From assembly GCA_002633005.1 (NCBI GenBank), contig NMRA01000455.1:210122-274121 (forward strand): 64,000 nucleotides of DNA, written 5' to 3'. Of the stretch, positions 50,404 through 64,000 are shown in pieces (the stretch's first letter is position 1; the number at the start of each line of letters is the position of its first letter). A model generated the notes under the pieces. The model made no database searches and was not told where the DNA came from. It saw only the letters and a program-made list of their open reading frames with translations. The DNA is from Phoronis australis (lineage: Eukaryota > Animalia > Phoronida). The position numbers were made by a program, and so were the translations under genes.

Positions 50404-52771
50404 GAAGGACGCTGTCCTTTCATGCAAAAGCTTGCTCCTGGCCGTGTGCTTGTCTGCGCCACCTAGTGGCTGCCCCATCTGTCGATGCTAGTCCATGACA
50501 CCTAGTTGTGCTGTTCTGTGATTGTCTAAATGCTCAGTTGTTGGATGAATTCAGTCGTGACTGTCAGAGTTGTTTGAATTGTTGTGAATTCATTTGCCTG
50601 ACGATTCTTACGTTCCCAAATGAAGAACAAGTTCTATTGCCGGGTTTGTAAATATTCAGCCTGGACTTTAAAAAGAAATGGTCAGTTTATGGTCGGACTT
50701 GCTACGACTCACGGTGGATTTGACCGGAGTATATAGAGCCAGGTCAATAACCTGATCTGCTGCTCCATCTTTTGGCTGTTGTCAAACCAATGACCTCACT
50801 GTATGTATGTACATGTTTTGTTTGGAACATCCACGTTTAGATTTTGCACATGAACTTCATGTAAAATGTCAGATTCTTTAAGGTTATGTCGAACCTCACC
50901 GACAAGTCTGTACTTGTATGTAGTCAAATATCCACAAAACTATATTAATTTAAACTACAATGTACGTTGATATTTTTGAAAGTAAAAAAAGCCTGAGAGT
51001 AGATTTGATTTTTAATTTGGTCACAGACCTTGTGTTTTTGGTGAAGTTTTGCAAAAAAGAAAGGTATATCAGGTACATCGATAACAAAACAATTGTATCA
51101 AAAACATGACCAAATTTCATTTAATATTAATGTTCCAAGATGAAATCTCTAAAACTCTGTTGCAGTTTTTTTCGTTCATTTCATTTTCCTTTTGATGCAA
51201 CTTGCGATTTTCATGGAAACCAGTATTGATAGCTTCTCATACACATGTGCAAGAGTGTAACATCTTAAAAACAATTCCAAACAACAGTTTGGGCAACAGT
51301 GCATGAAGCATATTATCTGGAGGTGTTGTGTGAATTTTATCAGCCATGTCTGAAATCTGATGTTCTGAAGTTAACCAAGCTGGGACATTTTTCAAGGGTT
51401 TTACCTAACCTTAACCTGTTATGGTCACAGTGGCTTCGGAGCGGTGACAAGTGAGCCACTGGTCTTCTGTGATCAGTAATTCTCAAAACTCTTTCATGTT
51501 GGATTAAGTCAAAATGTAGTGTTGTGCTGTTTGTTTTTTTGAAAGTTGGTGCAGTGAAGCTGTATGACCGTTTGTAGTTATCCATATTTTCAAAAAGAAA
51601 TCATTGCCGATGGCAGCTGAAATGTGTTCAGATGCAACTGGAATGGGTCGGGATACTTGCTTTTACCCATTGTCATCTCTGACGACAGCTTTCAAAACAA
51701 GGCCTGCGCAGACAAGGCCCAATTATACTATTTTTCGATCCGTAGTAGATTGCGAATCCCTGTATATTACGATTAGTACAGTTTCTCCTATCCACCACCT
51801 CTCTTTCCTGAATGCTCCTTTGATTCAGTTGGCATGATGCCTTCATGGTCCAGTGTGGTCATCATGTACTTTTATGTGAAGTAACTATTACACACCAATG
51901 TAAGTGTACCAAGCTGTACATGTGTTTGTCGCCATGCAACACAACACCGTCAGGTTTTGACTACTCTTCACTAAGAAACCCCTGGCAAGTTGTCTTGACA
52001 ACAGCCTGGCATCCTCCTATCTTTTGATTTTCTGAAGTTACTCCAGCTGTCCTTACCTAAATACACTGCAGACTTGAGTAACAGTGTCATGACAGTTGGT
52101 GTCTTAAATGACTCTAACCGTCACTTCTGACAGAGACATCTGTTGTGAAAAACGTTTATCTTAAAGCCTACTTCATTCCATTAACTGGGTCAAGGAGAAA
52201 TATTTCACAATCTCTCCAGTTTGGACACTTATGGGAAAAAAGGGGAAGTCACTCTGTAGGTATGTCCACAATTATTGGAAAGAGTGGTAACTCCCTGGTA
52301 ATACAATAGTTCAGTGACTAGCACCATACCCTACTGTCTGTTCAGCCCAAAGTTGCTGCACACAGGAGTATGCTCCTTGGTTATTTTTTGCACACTTAGG
52401 AGCTGCGTTTTGCCCCATTGCTAACTCTAAAAGTTCCACAACTGTCTCTGCAAACTAAATTGACCTGTTCCCTGTGCCTTATGCACACTATGTAAGAACA
52501 ATATTTATTTTTGTCTAGCTAGCACATTTAAACGAGAATATACCTCTTTTATTGTCCTATCCTGGATAGGCTTATTAGCCTTGAGTCCAGACTGTTGAAC
52601 CAGACCGCAGTTGTGTCTTGATTAAGTTCGTTCTTTTACCTGTTGGGTTCCTAGTAACTATTGCACTTTATTCTAATTTATAATGCCAAAATTAATTATA
52701 GATTCATATTTTCATTTATAAAAAATTCCATGTAAATTATATGTGATTTTGCGTTTTTGCCCAAGTTGGTA

Positions 52772-52777
52772 AATAAA
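52772..52777 (+). terminator. Candidate CERT polyadenylation signal
   Basis: AATAAA after an AT-rich stretch and followed by T/GT-rich sequence; implies a ~2.4-kb 3' UTR. Confidence 0.5.
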
Positions 52778-55018
52778 GAATTCTTGAAATTTTCAGAAAT
52801 TGTAAAGAGTATTGTTTGTATCATGCACGTTTTTGTTTTTGGAGTAATCTTAAGTAGTAGAGTGACTAGAAAGTGGTCCCAGGTTAAAATGTACTGTTGG
52901 TTTCAAAATACATGCACAACGGGCTGTGTTTCCTTGCGAGGAAAGCGAGGTGGTGAAAGTCTTCTCGAGGTATGCCATGCATATCAAGTGAATCACGTGA
53001 TCGCTTTACTTGCTAGTGTCTCTTGTCAGGGAAATGCAGCCTAGGACCTCTGACCACCAAGCTAAACTCGAGAATCGACTTAAAAACGACCAATTATATC
53101 ATGAAATTGCAAGCCATGCACGTCAATTTTCGAGTCAAGTCTGGAGCAGAGATTGGTGGTCGCGGACCTTAGCTTGTCTTTTTGTTGCCTAAAATGATAC
53201 ATGTATGTTGTATATGAGATGGGTCAAATGATAGACAGGTTGTATTCGTTTGTTCCTATGTTCTGCTGGATTTATGTTTTTGACAACCATTCGAGACATG
53301 TTTTTGACCTTGCCTGTGTCATGTTCGCACAATGCTATAGAAGTCACACTGGGATAATGTAATTGTTGTCACTCGGTAGGAATTTTTCGTCAATCGACCT
53401 ATCGTGTTGGTTACGCATTATAGACAGGTGCCTGAAGTTTCGTCAGAAGTTCACGAAAAGGGATGCTAAGTTTGTATCAAGCATGAGGTGGGAGAAGCAC
53501 TTTTCACGGGCCGTAGAACTCACTATTGTGCGAAAACGTTGTCACCCTCCACATGCACTTTACAAAGACTTACCACGCACCGTAAAGTCTTATCATGAAC
53601 CGTAAAAGGGCTTACCACGCACCATAAAGAACCCTTATCATAGAAGCTGAAATATAATCACACGCACAGCCTTACCACGAAAAATTAAGGCAGTGTTTGT
53701 GCGTGTGTGCGAACATGAGGTCGCTTGATACCGCTGATTTAGTTTGGAATTTGCTTGGATGTTTTGGGATGAGTGATTCTTGCTAAATTCGGCCTCAGAG
53801 ACTGTCACCGTGTACGGTTGTTCTCGGATTTGACATACGGTGATCTTTACACTCTAGCGCCCTAGTCAAAGTCCTTGCGCACCAATTCCCCGGATGTTTC
53901 CATGCTGTGATTCGCGTAAAGATTAAATCGGAAACTGTCACTAGGGTCTGTTGTACAAGAGTAGGGGACTGCGGTCACGTTTCGTAATGAGGGTGCGGTC
54001 CGTGGTAAGGATTGTTCCCGCCTACACTGGTTATTAGCACCCAACTGATGAGATAGTATATTAATGGTTTCGTCAGGTGATTGAATGACGGGTAAATGTC
54101 TATTTAATCTCTTATATTCAGGTGATTTGCGGAACTAGGCGCAGCTTGAGTTCCTGTGATCGCGAGGTCTATGACCCGTTCCAATAATCTGACTTAAGTG
54201 TATTTTTATTTGTGTCTCAGATTTGTCTCAGCTTTCAAACTTTGAAACTTCTCCACATTCGGTAAGTTAGTTTAAATTGGGACAAAATTTAAGAGTCAAA
54301 AACTCTCTTTCTTGAAACGGACAAAGTTAAGTTTTCTGTTTAAATTTGGCGGAAATTTAAGATATGTCTTAAGTTTGTTTTCTTGGAACTGGCCTCTGGC
54401 CTGTATGTATTTGGATGGAACATCCGGGACATTCACTGAATAGCAATGTAGTCAGTCCTCCAGCTTCACTAAACAACGGTAATCTGGGATCTTAACGGAC
54501 AACAGTCTTAACCCCATCTGGTGGTTGACATGCACCGAGTCCAGGGGACATCGACTCTTTCTGTTACTCCGGTTCAGAGAGGGCACATTCCCGAGGGTTT
54601 TTACTGAACTCCCTGATGGAGGGCTTGTGGCGGCATTCCTGGATGTACTCGAGTCTGATTTCTTAGAAATTGTATATTCATTTTGCTCACAATCACTTAT
54701 TTCAATATTTTTGTTTGTATTTCTGATCACGCATTGTATGTTCATTTCCGTCTCTGTTCGGTTTGTTGACGTCTTTGCTCTGAGTGATGTGATTTGTATT
54801 TCCTTTTCGTAGGGAACTTTTGGTATGGTTGAGTATGCGTACTACCTATGTTGTTTTGTTCAGTGACTATTGACTATAATTTGTATTAAAAATTGAGAAT
54901 GTGTGCGTTTTTATTTGTAATTGCTTACAGCGTAAGGTTTCAAACGTCTGGCGGCAGGCCAAATTTTTTAATTTCCTTTCTCTGAGGCAGACGTTAAAGG
55001 GTGTCAAATACTGCCATT

Positions 55019-55078
55019 TCTAATATGCATGCATCTAATATGCATGCATCTAATATGCATGCATCTAATATGCATGCA
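55019..55078. repeat. (TCTAATATGCATGCA)x4 minisatellite
   Basis: Four perfect 15-bp units. Confidence 0.95.
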
Positions 55079-55287
55079 CCAAATTGACAGAGCTAGATGT
55101 ATGCATAGCTACAGTGTCCATGTATTACTAATTGCTGGACAATCGTAACTACGACTTCAAATTCCAATATGAGTACCCCCTTGAATAACATGACACAAAA
55201 TTGATTTCCAACGATTTCGTCACTAGGTCAAACGAAAGTAACTTCCACCAGATCATTCCAAACCAACAAGAATTTTTTCTCTCTTAA

Positions 55288-56961
55288 AGGAGCATGTCAC
55301 CCAAAAAATAACCTATTCTGTATCAATTTAGATCGAGTAGTTCAACTCGATAACGGCACGCTCGGTTGCGTTACCTGACGGCAGACGGAGGTGTTGAAAT
55401 TATCCAATGACGTCATTGGTTTCACACTCCACGCAGTCTGTTCAGCAGTTCAAAAACGGGTTACTGGTGTCGGCTTATCGCTCGAATTCGTCGTTTAAAA
55501 CCAATAAATCATCAAATCTTTGATGTAGAACCCTTAAAAATAAACTGAGTTCTTATAAAACGTGTTGTTTTATTTCGCTGTTACGGATTTATTGGTATTA
55601 GGACACACTCTAGTCTACAATGTTCGGCAGGCCAATTTATCAAGGTACGTAACAGGAGTTTGGGGCCTGTTCGGAGATAAATTCGAAGAATTCTTCCGAG
55701 AAATACAGACAGTAGATATGAGTTGTTTAGACTTGTGATTTTTTGAGTTTTAACACACACAAAACGCTTGTTATCCCGGCCAGTGGCTCGGAACCCGATT
55801 AGGCCCGTAGCGGCCGGACTGACTCGTTATCCCGGCCAGTGGCTCGGAACCCGATCAGGCCCGTCGCGGCCGCCGGCACTGGCACGAACATAAACCAGCT
55901 TGAGTTGGAAACTAAACTTCCAGTCACGAAAAGACTATAATAGTGACCCAAATATATAGTGTGCCCGTAATTATTGATGTGAATTAGCCACGAAACTGAA
56001 AATCTACTAGTTGTCGGGAGCCGCGAAGTCGGGTTCCCCTTCCACAGACCGTCAGGGCAAAGGCTATACAGTAACAATGAATTGAATGCTTTTCTAAATA
56101 AAGATTCCTCTAACATGTGACCATAGCAGGAATTGTTTAACAACAGCTTTCTGTCAGCAAACACTGAATTACCATGCGTTCACACGGCCCAGGTGCCAGA
56201 TCAATTACCTTTATTGCCGGCATCAAAAGCCGGTAACGCAGTAGTTTATTTATTGCTAGCTTCTCATCATTTGCACTCACGAACACTCCAAGGCATTATA
56301 AATTGTATCTAATGAGACAGACTTTGTTTCAGTTTTATATAAGCATTGGTTAGAATGAGAATAATTCATTTTGAAACACATCGCAGAATAATACACACAT
56401 GGCAACTCGCCCGGCGCCAATCCTGATTTAGTCAAGAGCTCATCCGACGAAAACTTCATCGGTCGGATCGTTAGGTTTCACAGGCTATCAGTTCAAAGCG
56501 GAACACACTGACCAAGAAATACTAGAGAGGCGCCGTGAACATGCACAGGCAACGGAACGTATGGGTAGTTCTTAGGTAAGCCGGAATTCGTCAGAGAAAT
56601 CACTGTCGACGAAATGCCGGCCACAGACACGGAGATGTTTCACGGCCTCATGCTTGCTTTTAACAGCGTACCTTTCATTCTTCACTACCGCGAACCACTT
56701 CCTAAGCATTTCGGGCTCTTGAGAAAGTCGAAAAAACGATATACCCGCTTTGTTCGCAGCTTCATAGTTCGGACAAGCGGGAACGAAGCACAGCAATATA
56801 GCGGCATTCACTCTGCAGACGAACCACTGACGTCACTGCGTCGTTTCTCACCTTCTTCACAGGTTAACGCGACTCCTCTCGGCAAGGTGAGGCTGACCGT
56901 ATAAGAGGCGATGTGGATATAGACCGATTAAAAGACTAATTAAATCGGGTGGCATTCTCCT
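55288..56961. mobile_element. Kolobok-like non-autonomous DNA transposon
   Basis: TTAA|AGGAGCATGTCACCC ... GGGTGGCATTCTCCT|TTAA (15-bp TIR, 2 mismatches, TTAA TSD); internal THAP remnant. Confidence 0.8.
56572..56807 (-). pseudogene. THAP zinc-finger domain remnant of the transposase
   Basis: CFVPACPN...ISFFRL...RKW...LRVCGRHF..SDF (C2CH THAP signature); likely ATG (MPLYC) out of frame; truncated. Confidence 0.8.
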
Positions 56962-57240
56962 TTAACACAAGCGTTTATGTCGGCTCCACGACTTTGCTTA
57001 AAATACAAAACGAGTAACTTTTAAAAATAAACAACCAGGCGATAACCGACTGAATACTCGATTCATAATTGACTGCGGCAGCGCAAGGCGATGGAGAAGC
57101 TTCTGTAAATTAACAACTAATAACGACGGAGTTTATTTAACAGCATACTTCTAATCACAAGCCTCAAACTCAAAGTTAAATACAATCAACAACATCCCGC
57201 GCCCAATTTCGCCACCAGACAAAAAACTGTGTGACAGACA

Positions 57241-57337
57241 CGCAAAATGTGTCACTTTCAAATGAAATGTGTCACATTCACGCAAAGTGCATGACTTTCA
57301 CGCACAGTGTGTGACCTTCAAGTAAAATGTGAGGACT
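57241..57337. repeat. Degenerate 20-bp tandem repeat (~5 units)
   Basis: cgcaaaatgtgtcactttca-like units. Confidence 0.7.
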
Positions 57338-60300
57338 GGCATCGCAGAATCATGAATAAATGTACAAGTTCATGAAGTCTACGAGCATTCGCTTCTTTTC
57401 AAATTCTGTAGCCGCGAGTACTGAATATCTTTCAGTGATTAACTTGAACTTGACCATCGGCGACATTACAATATCAAATGTGCACAGTTCAACAGAATTT
57501 TACGAATTTTTCTCACGCAACATTTTTTCAACATAAGTACTTGGATTTCTTTCCGCAGGTCTGCTGCATTTTTACATGACTTTGTACGTCGGTTTTGATT
57601 CAAACCAACTCCGGCGTCCTCGGCCATTTTTTACTGCAGAAAAAAAAAACATCCACTACCATTAAACTGGCAGGAAGTCAACGTCAGAAATCCTCGACCT
57701 ATTGCAAAATCACAAAAATCCAAATGATTTTGTTGTTTCGTAACTCTTGTCAAAGTTCAAAAAGTATATCCTACTCAATCCTGTCCTGAAGCTGGTCGTG
57801 TCCCGTTGCTGAGAGATCGGAATCGGGAAGAACTTAAAATCACTATGTTTGTTCACCAGGGGTACCCACGCGTACATGTACATTGAACGACCTTGTACAA
57901 TGTACAGTTGCCGCCAATAACAACTCGAGGAGTTTTTAATGGATATGCTACGATATCAACACTGACGTCATGCCATCAGGTAGCAAGTTCAACACTTTGA
58001 CTGGTGCTAATGCTTACTATTGATTTTAAACTTATTTAAAGTCCTGGTCTCACACGTTGTAAATGATGTTATAAGGATCCAAGAAGTACCGACCCCATAA
58101 TTAATACACGATCCGTACTAGAAAAAAGTTTAAATGAACGCGCACTCACAATTCGCACCCGAAGAACCACCACCATTTTGAACTTGCCGCGAACCCGAAT
58201 TCATTCAGGAACCCAGGCTAAGAAAACGCCGTCAGTGTGAGTGCCTCTTACCAGCCTGCAAACGGGGATAAAATAATGGACAGCGCGCCTTAATTTTAAT
58301 AAAATCAAAATAAGGACAATTTTATCGAATTTGCTGAAGAAATGTGGCGCATAAAATTTGACAGAAATTGTTTTGCCGGCCACGGGACCGCAGGCTATTG
58401 GACCCGGTGCGGATCAAGACAAGACGCAGGCGAACGGTAAAGGCATGCGGTTGCAAGCTGTTTTGTCGAAGTAAAATGTTCAAATCATAAATGCCGTATA
58501 TATTCAAAGGTAGTTTCAGACACTTGCATGAAATTACGGGCTGTTTAATCCTGTGTCACACTGCCGCGGCATGCCTTAGCTAGCCTCAGCGCCAGCTCAC
58601 CAGTGAAGACTACCGTCAAAATACAGCTAGCTTGTTAGTAGACCCATACAGCTTTGGACCAAGGCTACCCTTAGACCTACCTGGTCGCTGGCCACAGCTC
58701 TCGCTCAAACGAGGTTTATTTAGAACTTGGGTTCTTCTGGCGAGCTGTGCAAAGTTGTTGGCTTTCATGAGCGCACCAAGCGTAAAAAATGGGGGGCTGG
58801 AATTTTTGGGAATGTCTATCTTTTACTATAAGATTCACTGGGTACGTTCAGAGTTATGAATTGCAGACGCTAAATTTTGGTACTTCCTATATTCTAGTGG
58901 AATATATCGTCTCGTTTTCTACTTTTTTCGGAGTTCGTGCTTCTCTGACTGAGGCAGACCTTTTTCATTTCTCCAACTAAAGAGGGGCTCGTTCGAGCAC
59001 ATAAGTATGACAAGTCCAATACATGATGTTATATTTTTTTATTCATTAACCCAAAATGAGGCAAACTTTTAACATAATAAGTAACTTAAAATGTACAATA
59101 CTTAACAACATCTAGCATTACAAGCACTATTCAACACATCCGCGCAGTCAGCCTTCAGTATGGGTGCTCGAATTCCCGGCGATGTGGGCCTTTTGCTAAA
59201 AAAAAAAAAGAGTGGGAGGACTAAAAAAAAAAAACGGGAGCACCACTGTGAATTGCGCGTTTGCGCTTCTTTAGTGGACTTTTCTCCCATTTTCTCGGGC
59301 TTTTTGTCTCTCGGGGGTTGACCTTTTTGCCCACTTCGCCAAATGGGTGGCTCATTCGAGCCCCCCCAACCCCCTTGGGTGCGCGCATGCAACAGCAAAA
59401 GTTTCGATGTTATGAAAGTGGACTTACATGTAACTATTACCATGGTGACCAAATAGGTTTTCCTTACACCAGAATTTGACAAGCATGATTAAAAAATATG
59501 AAGTAGCAAGGAACAAGAATTATAGGCTTGAAGCTTCACAATCCAACATAGCTTATTTCCCAAATTAAGATTATTCATTTTGTTGACTTGATAACCTGAA
59601 TTAAAAAGCAATAAGCTACAAAACATGACTTGAAAGAAATAGAGACTTAAAATTTAGAAAAATATGAATCATTTTGTGACACCAAATCAAGCCTTGAACA
59701 GCAGTTGACAGTCAAACAAAAAACCATTTCAAAATTATTTCAACTATTTTTTTAGCTTAGTATAAGAACACCTGAATGGGAAATTCACAGTAAAATATTT
59801 CGAATATATCTTATATTTTGCACAAAAAACATGAAAATTGAACAAAGTTCCTTTTTGTAGCAACGTTTGTCAAAATGTATCAACATTAAATCTTCACAAA
59901 TTACAAAGTAGCCGATTGAGCATGCCTTTCAGTTTAGCAAAACTCGCCATGTTGTCGGTGCTGCCAGAAATAAAATGAAGTCCAACGGGAATTTTGAGCA
60001 CATTTATCACTTAATAAGTAACAACTGCGAGGCTGAAATATGGTGAACACTATTGAGTCGTGCAGAATAGTAAGTAAAGATATGTCTAACTAAATTTCAC
60101 CGTAATTTGTAAGCGAAAATAATTACACAAATCGTAACTAATCCCGCTGTCCTCCAATATGGCCGACGCGATCCAAAGTTACCCAAATTTCGCCACAAAA
60201 CTTGCAAAAACTTTACACTGCTTGCCCCGATTTTGATACTTTTTCTATCTTTACTGAGTAGAATGCACTGACTTTCCGATGATAGCAAAGTACTTTTTCA

Positions 60301-61928
60301 AAAAGAGAAAAAAAAATCAAAACGAAAAAAATTGGTTCGACCCATATTGGTTCCTCTAGCTTCGACCGGCCTACCCGAGGAACTAAACACCAATGCTATT
60401 TTAACATAATAAGTACGCGTTAAATTCCAAAAAAATTCAACGACCACTAACTACAAACTATAAATACACTACATATGCAAACGAATCACGAGATATTACT
60501 AATAAAACAAAATAATGAAGACTTTTCGAGCAAGCGTGGTTGTGGGCTCTGTCGGAGACCCGACACTTCGCTACTTTAATCTTCTTTGAAATAAGTTCGA
60601 GATGGTTTAGCACGCTAAAACTACCGCCCCAGAGCTACCCCGAACGGGCAAGAACAATATTCCGAGCGTTATTGAGCTTGGCAACTTTAGGTCAACATTC
60701 TAGAGCAAGAACTCACTGTAGAGTACAGCAGTGAAACTGCTTTTGATGTGATATAGAGCTATGCTCAACAGTGAAATTAGTGATACGTAAGCGCAGCATT
60801 GTGGGAAAAAATTGGCACCACAGCTTTTGTCCCCTTCCTCTGTTACACACAAAATGGCTCTGTCGTATTTCGGGATACGCCCTTCAAATCACAGTTTTCT
60901 CTAACCGAAAATAATGCCTAGGCCTACTCATCGAAAACGCCACTCAAAGTCAAGTCATTTGAAAATTTGTAATAATCACTGATAAGTTGAGACGTGTACA
61001 CGGGCCCATGTCTCTCATCAAACACCTGATTACAGTTCTGAACCCATTTGTCAAGATGTATGAGGGAGTGTTTCACGGAACTCCAATACTGTGTGACTGA
61101 ATTTTTCGGAAGAACACTCGCAAACTCGTGACGTAATAGCAATGCCGAGGAATCACGCGACTGCGAGGTTCGATTGAATAAGGCTGAACGGTTGGGTATA
61201 AATGTTGCGGGACGTTGATCACTGATTCATCCCAAGTCAGATTTGTTCGTGTGCAGCAGTTACTTCATAATTCCAAGAATGACGTATCTGGTTAGAAATT
61301 TCAGTCTCAAGGCTCCGGTAGGTAAGTGTACCGTTTCGCTTCGTCTTTTTACTTGTTTAGTAGAGAAAAATGTTTAAACTTTGTAAGTATTATTCATGTG
61401 AAATGGTGCATGAGAACAAGCGATACGACATAGACGCGCATCAACAAAATCATTTTTAAATTTTCCAATAAAACACTAATAACATGTGTTTCAAACTAAT
61501 AAAACAATATTGCATTAAAATCCCGAAAATCAGAGTTTCATTGAGTAGTGACAAACATTTCATATTGTTTTGAAAAAGTATAACCTTAACTACTACCACA
61601 ACAACATCGAAACAAAATCAACAACAACAATAGCGGTTCCTTCAACATCACCACTGTATAACCGAAAATAATGCGATAATGATAATGAAAATAACTATTT
61701 CAATAATATTGATCTTAGTGATGGTGAGGAGATAAATGGTAGCAGTGTTTCATGTGGCTTTTTAGGGTCAAATTTGAAATCCAGGAGGCAGTAATAGGAG
61801 CGTGGGTCAACAAAATGCCATGTGTGTATTGTAAACATTTCCTGATTGGAGACCTTTCATTGCGTTGTTTTATTTGTTGTGGGTTGTTGGACAATAAGAC
61901 GACATTCCGAAGCTAACGAAACAACATT

Positions 61929-62222
61929 AGAGAATGCCACCAAAAACAACGTATTTTGTATGAATTTAGATCGAGTTGTTCCACTTGATAACAGCATGTT
62001 CAGTTCTTTTACCTGACATCAGACGGTAGACGGAGACGCTGAAGTTAACCAATGACGTCACAGGTCCTAACAGTCTGCTCAGCAGTTCACGCTTACTGAC
62101 GTCAGATCGCTTGTGTTCATCGTTTTACACCAATGAATCGTCAAAATTCGACATAAAACTCTTACAAATGCACTTAGTTTTTAGACAAATAAGTCGTTTT
62201 ATTTCGCTGTTACGGATTTATA
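61929..62222. mobile_element. Diverged left end of the Kolobok-like family seen at 55288
   Basis: AGAATGCCACC...AATTTAGATCGAGT...CCAATGACGTCA...TTTTATTTCGCTGTTACGGATTTA shared with 55288-55591. Confidence 0.75.
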
Positions 62223-64000
62223 GAAATTTTGAACGTAGCGTACGATACAAAGTTTGCAGGGGTAGGCCAACTTACCGAGATCGGTCGCGGAACAATGTGT
62301 GCATTTGCGCAACCGGTTTCCTGTTTTTTTAGTCGTCCGCATCCTCAGGAATATTTTAGGCTGGGTGCGTCCATGCCATATGCCATCGTGTGCTTAGGGC
62401 AGTTCCCCAGACAAAATGTTGACCCTCTTATGATATCCTAGATCCGCCATTGAAGAGCTAGAGATCTTGCGTGAGCAAGAGGAGCAGTCCTTTCGATCGC
62501 AACAATTAATACTTGTATGATTTACTGGTGAGACTGTGTGTCAACATAGATATTTATACACTCTCTGATGGCCTTTTAATGCTAACATAATTTATACCAA
62601 GCAATAGTTTAAAATACTCCAATCTTAAAAAGGAGTTCTATTTCATTGATTTTTTGTATATCCATAGATTGTGAACTGGAGTTTTCAATCCGCCATGATA
62701 CTAGAACTAATTGGCAACAGCTGCGTCAAACTAAGCTTTTCTTTTTGTGATTTTTTGATTGGCGAGATCGATTTAAACCGTCTTCGCTAGATGTCACTAT
62801 ACGCATACTAAAGACAAAGATGTTGTACTAGCTTTTGCTCAGACATGAACTTTATCTGCGAATATGCGGCTGGCTACGGACTGTTTAAAGTCACAGCACT
62901 TGCCGTGTGGACTGAAATCCGATCATGCTCAGAAAACGTTCACCTCCCAGGAGAAAGTTCGAGGCTTCGAAAATACCCAAGTGTTTCAAATGACTTGGAA
63001 ACTTAGTACTGATTATAGGGAACGGGTTCAAGATCTTAGTCTTAAAGCATATATAAAGACATTTGCAAAAACGCGAACTAATGATTGGAATCGTTGTACA
63101 AACAATGGTAGAAGATCTATTTCTCCGGTGACTGACAGCTAACACCAATACATCCACTTATTTTCCAGCTTTGCCTTGGTGACTCGCATTGTAGATTTAA
63201 TCTCGTCCCAAGACCAATAACCACCCATCAGATGTCGCCCTTCCCCGCTCACGTCTGTTATTTGCTGTCTCCCGTGAAGAACACGGCAGTTGTTGAAAAT
63301 TGCCATGTCGCCTGAAAAGAACCATGATTTCGTGAATACAAGAACAAAAACATTGAGATGCGCCTCACGATCTGAATGCTTTAGGGAGTGTTAATTAGCA
63401 CCATGTGTTATTGTACGCTTTGCTACGGACAAATTACGAAGAACGACCCCTCGCGCCTTTAGATTTACCGCGCTTTTGGTAATGAGATTTTATTTCTTTA
63501 AAAAACGTTTTAATGAGGTAACGAAGATGTCCTCGTAATTCCATCCCGTTGTTCGGATGCCTCGACTCCATCACTGCGACTAGACACCAGTACGTTAGTG
63601 AAATCGAAAATCTCCCAACCTTTTTATGTCATACAGGTGTTTTCAAATAACCATAAAGTATGAATCACCATCTGAATGCAAACCTACATCAAATAATGGC
63701 AGTTCCCATTGTAACAGAGCAAGTCTCCACTGAACCTCAAAATATGTATTTTCTCTCATCAGGCATTCGTTTCAGTTCAATTTGCACATGATAACATCAA
63801 CTTTCCATGAAAGCAAAAGAAGGAAACATCCTTCTCCTAAGCCTGTCGCTAGCGAAGTCCCCGACACATACAGTCGCGCCCACATGCCCACGTAACAAAG
63901 GCGAACTGAGACGCAACAAAGACATTAGCATAAGAATAACTGAACATTTGCAACTAAATAAGAATAACAATAAGCGTAAAGTTACGAACGTCCCGTCACA

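Noticed and set aside
50401-50466. Stop-codon readthrough extension of CERT (20 open codons after TAA)
   Set aside because: TAA-G is a strong stop context and the C-terminus PILF matches orthologues
58142-58180. Minus-strand mini first exon (MVVVLRVRI|GTGAGT)
   Set aside because: No downstream exons or homology recognisable
62845-63006. Short ORF MNFICEYAAGYGLFKV resembling the NOP56/NOP58 N-terminus
   Set aside because: Similarity is limited to ~12 residues and the frame ends after 53 codons; probably chance, although a BLASTX would settle it

Overview
Eukaryotic (animal, probably invertebrate bilaterian) AT-rich genomic DNA from a draft assembly with several small N gaps. Two intron-containing genes lie on the + strand. 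The first is a 3-exon dithiol glutaredoxin (CPFC, 99 aa; 1595-6377). The second is a ceramide transfer protein CERT/COL4A3BP gene (PH, serine-repeat, FFAT, START; ~613 aa; 14 exon positions, 10662-50403, 21-kb first intron). The most notable signal is a pair of old, tandemly duplicated 76-nt exons (44448-44523 and 44598-44673) in the CERT START domain. They must be spliced mutually exclusively, and both share an unusual donor region. Introns and intergenic DNA are dense in DNA-transposon relics: a Merlin transposase pseudogene, a TTAA-flanked Kolobok-like element with a THAP remnant, nested 80-bp hairpin MITEs, 5-bp-TSD MITEs, Tc1-like MITEs and a Helentron-like array of ~145-bp units each carrying a CTCF-type motif. 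Three apparent tandem duplications centred on N gaps are most likely uncollapsed haplotypes. All calls are by eye and from recalled protein families; no searches were run.
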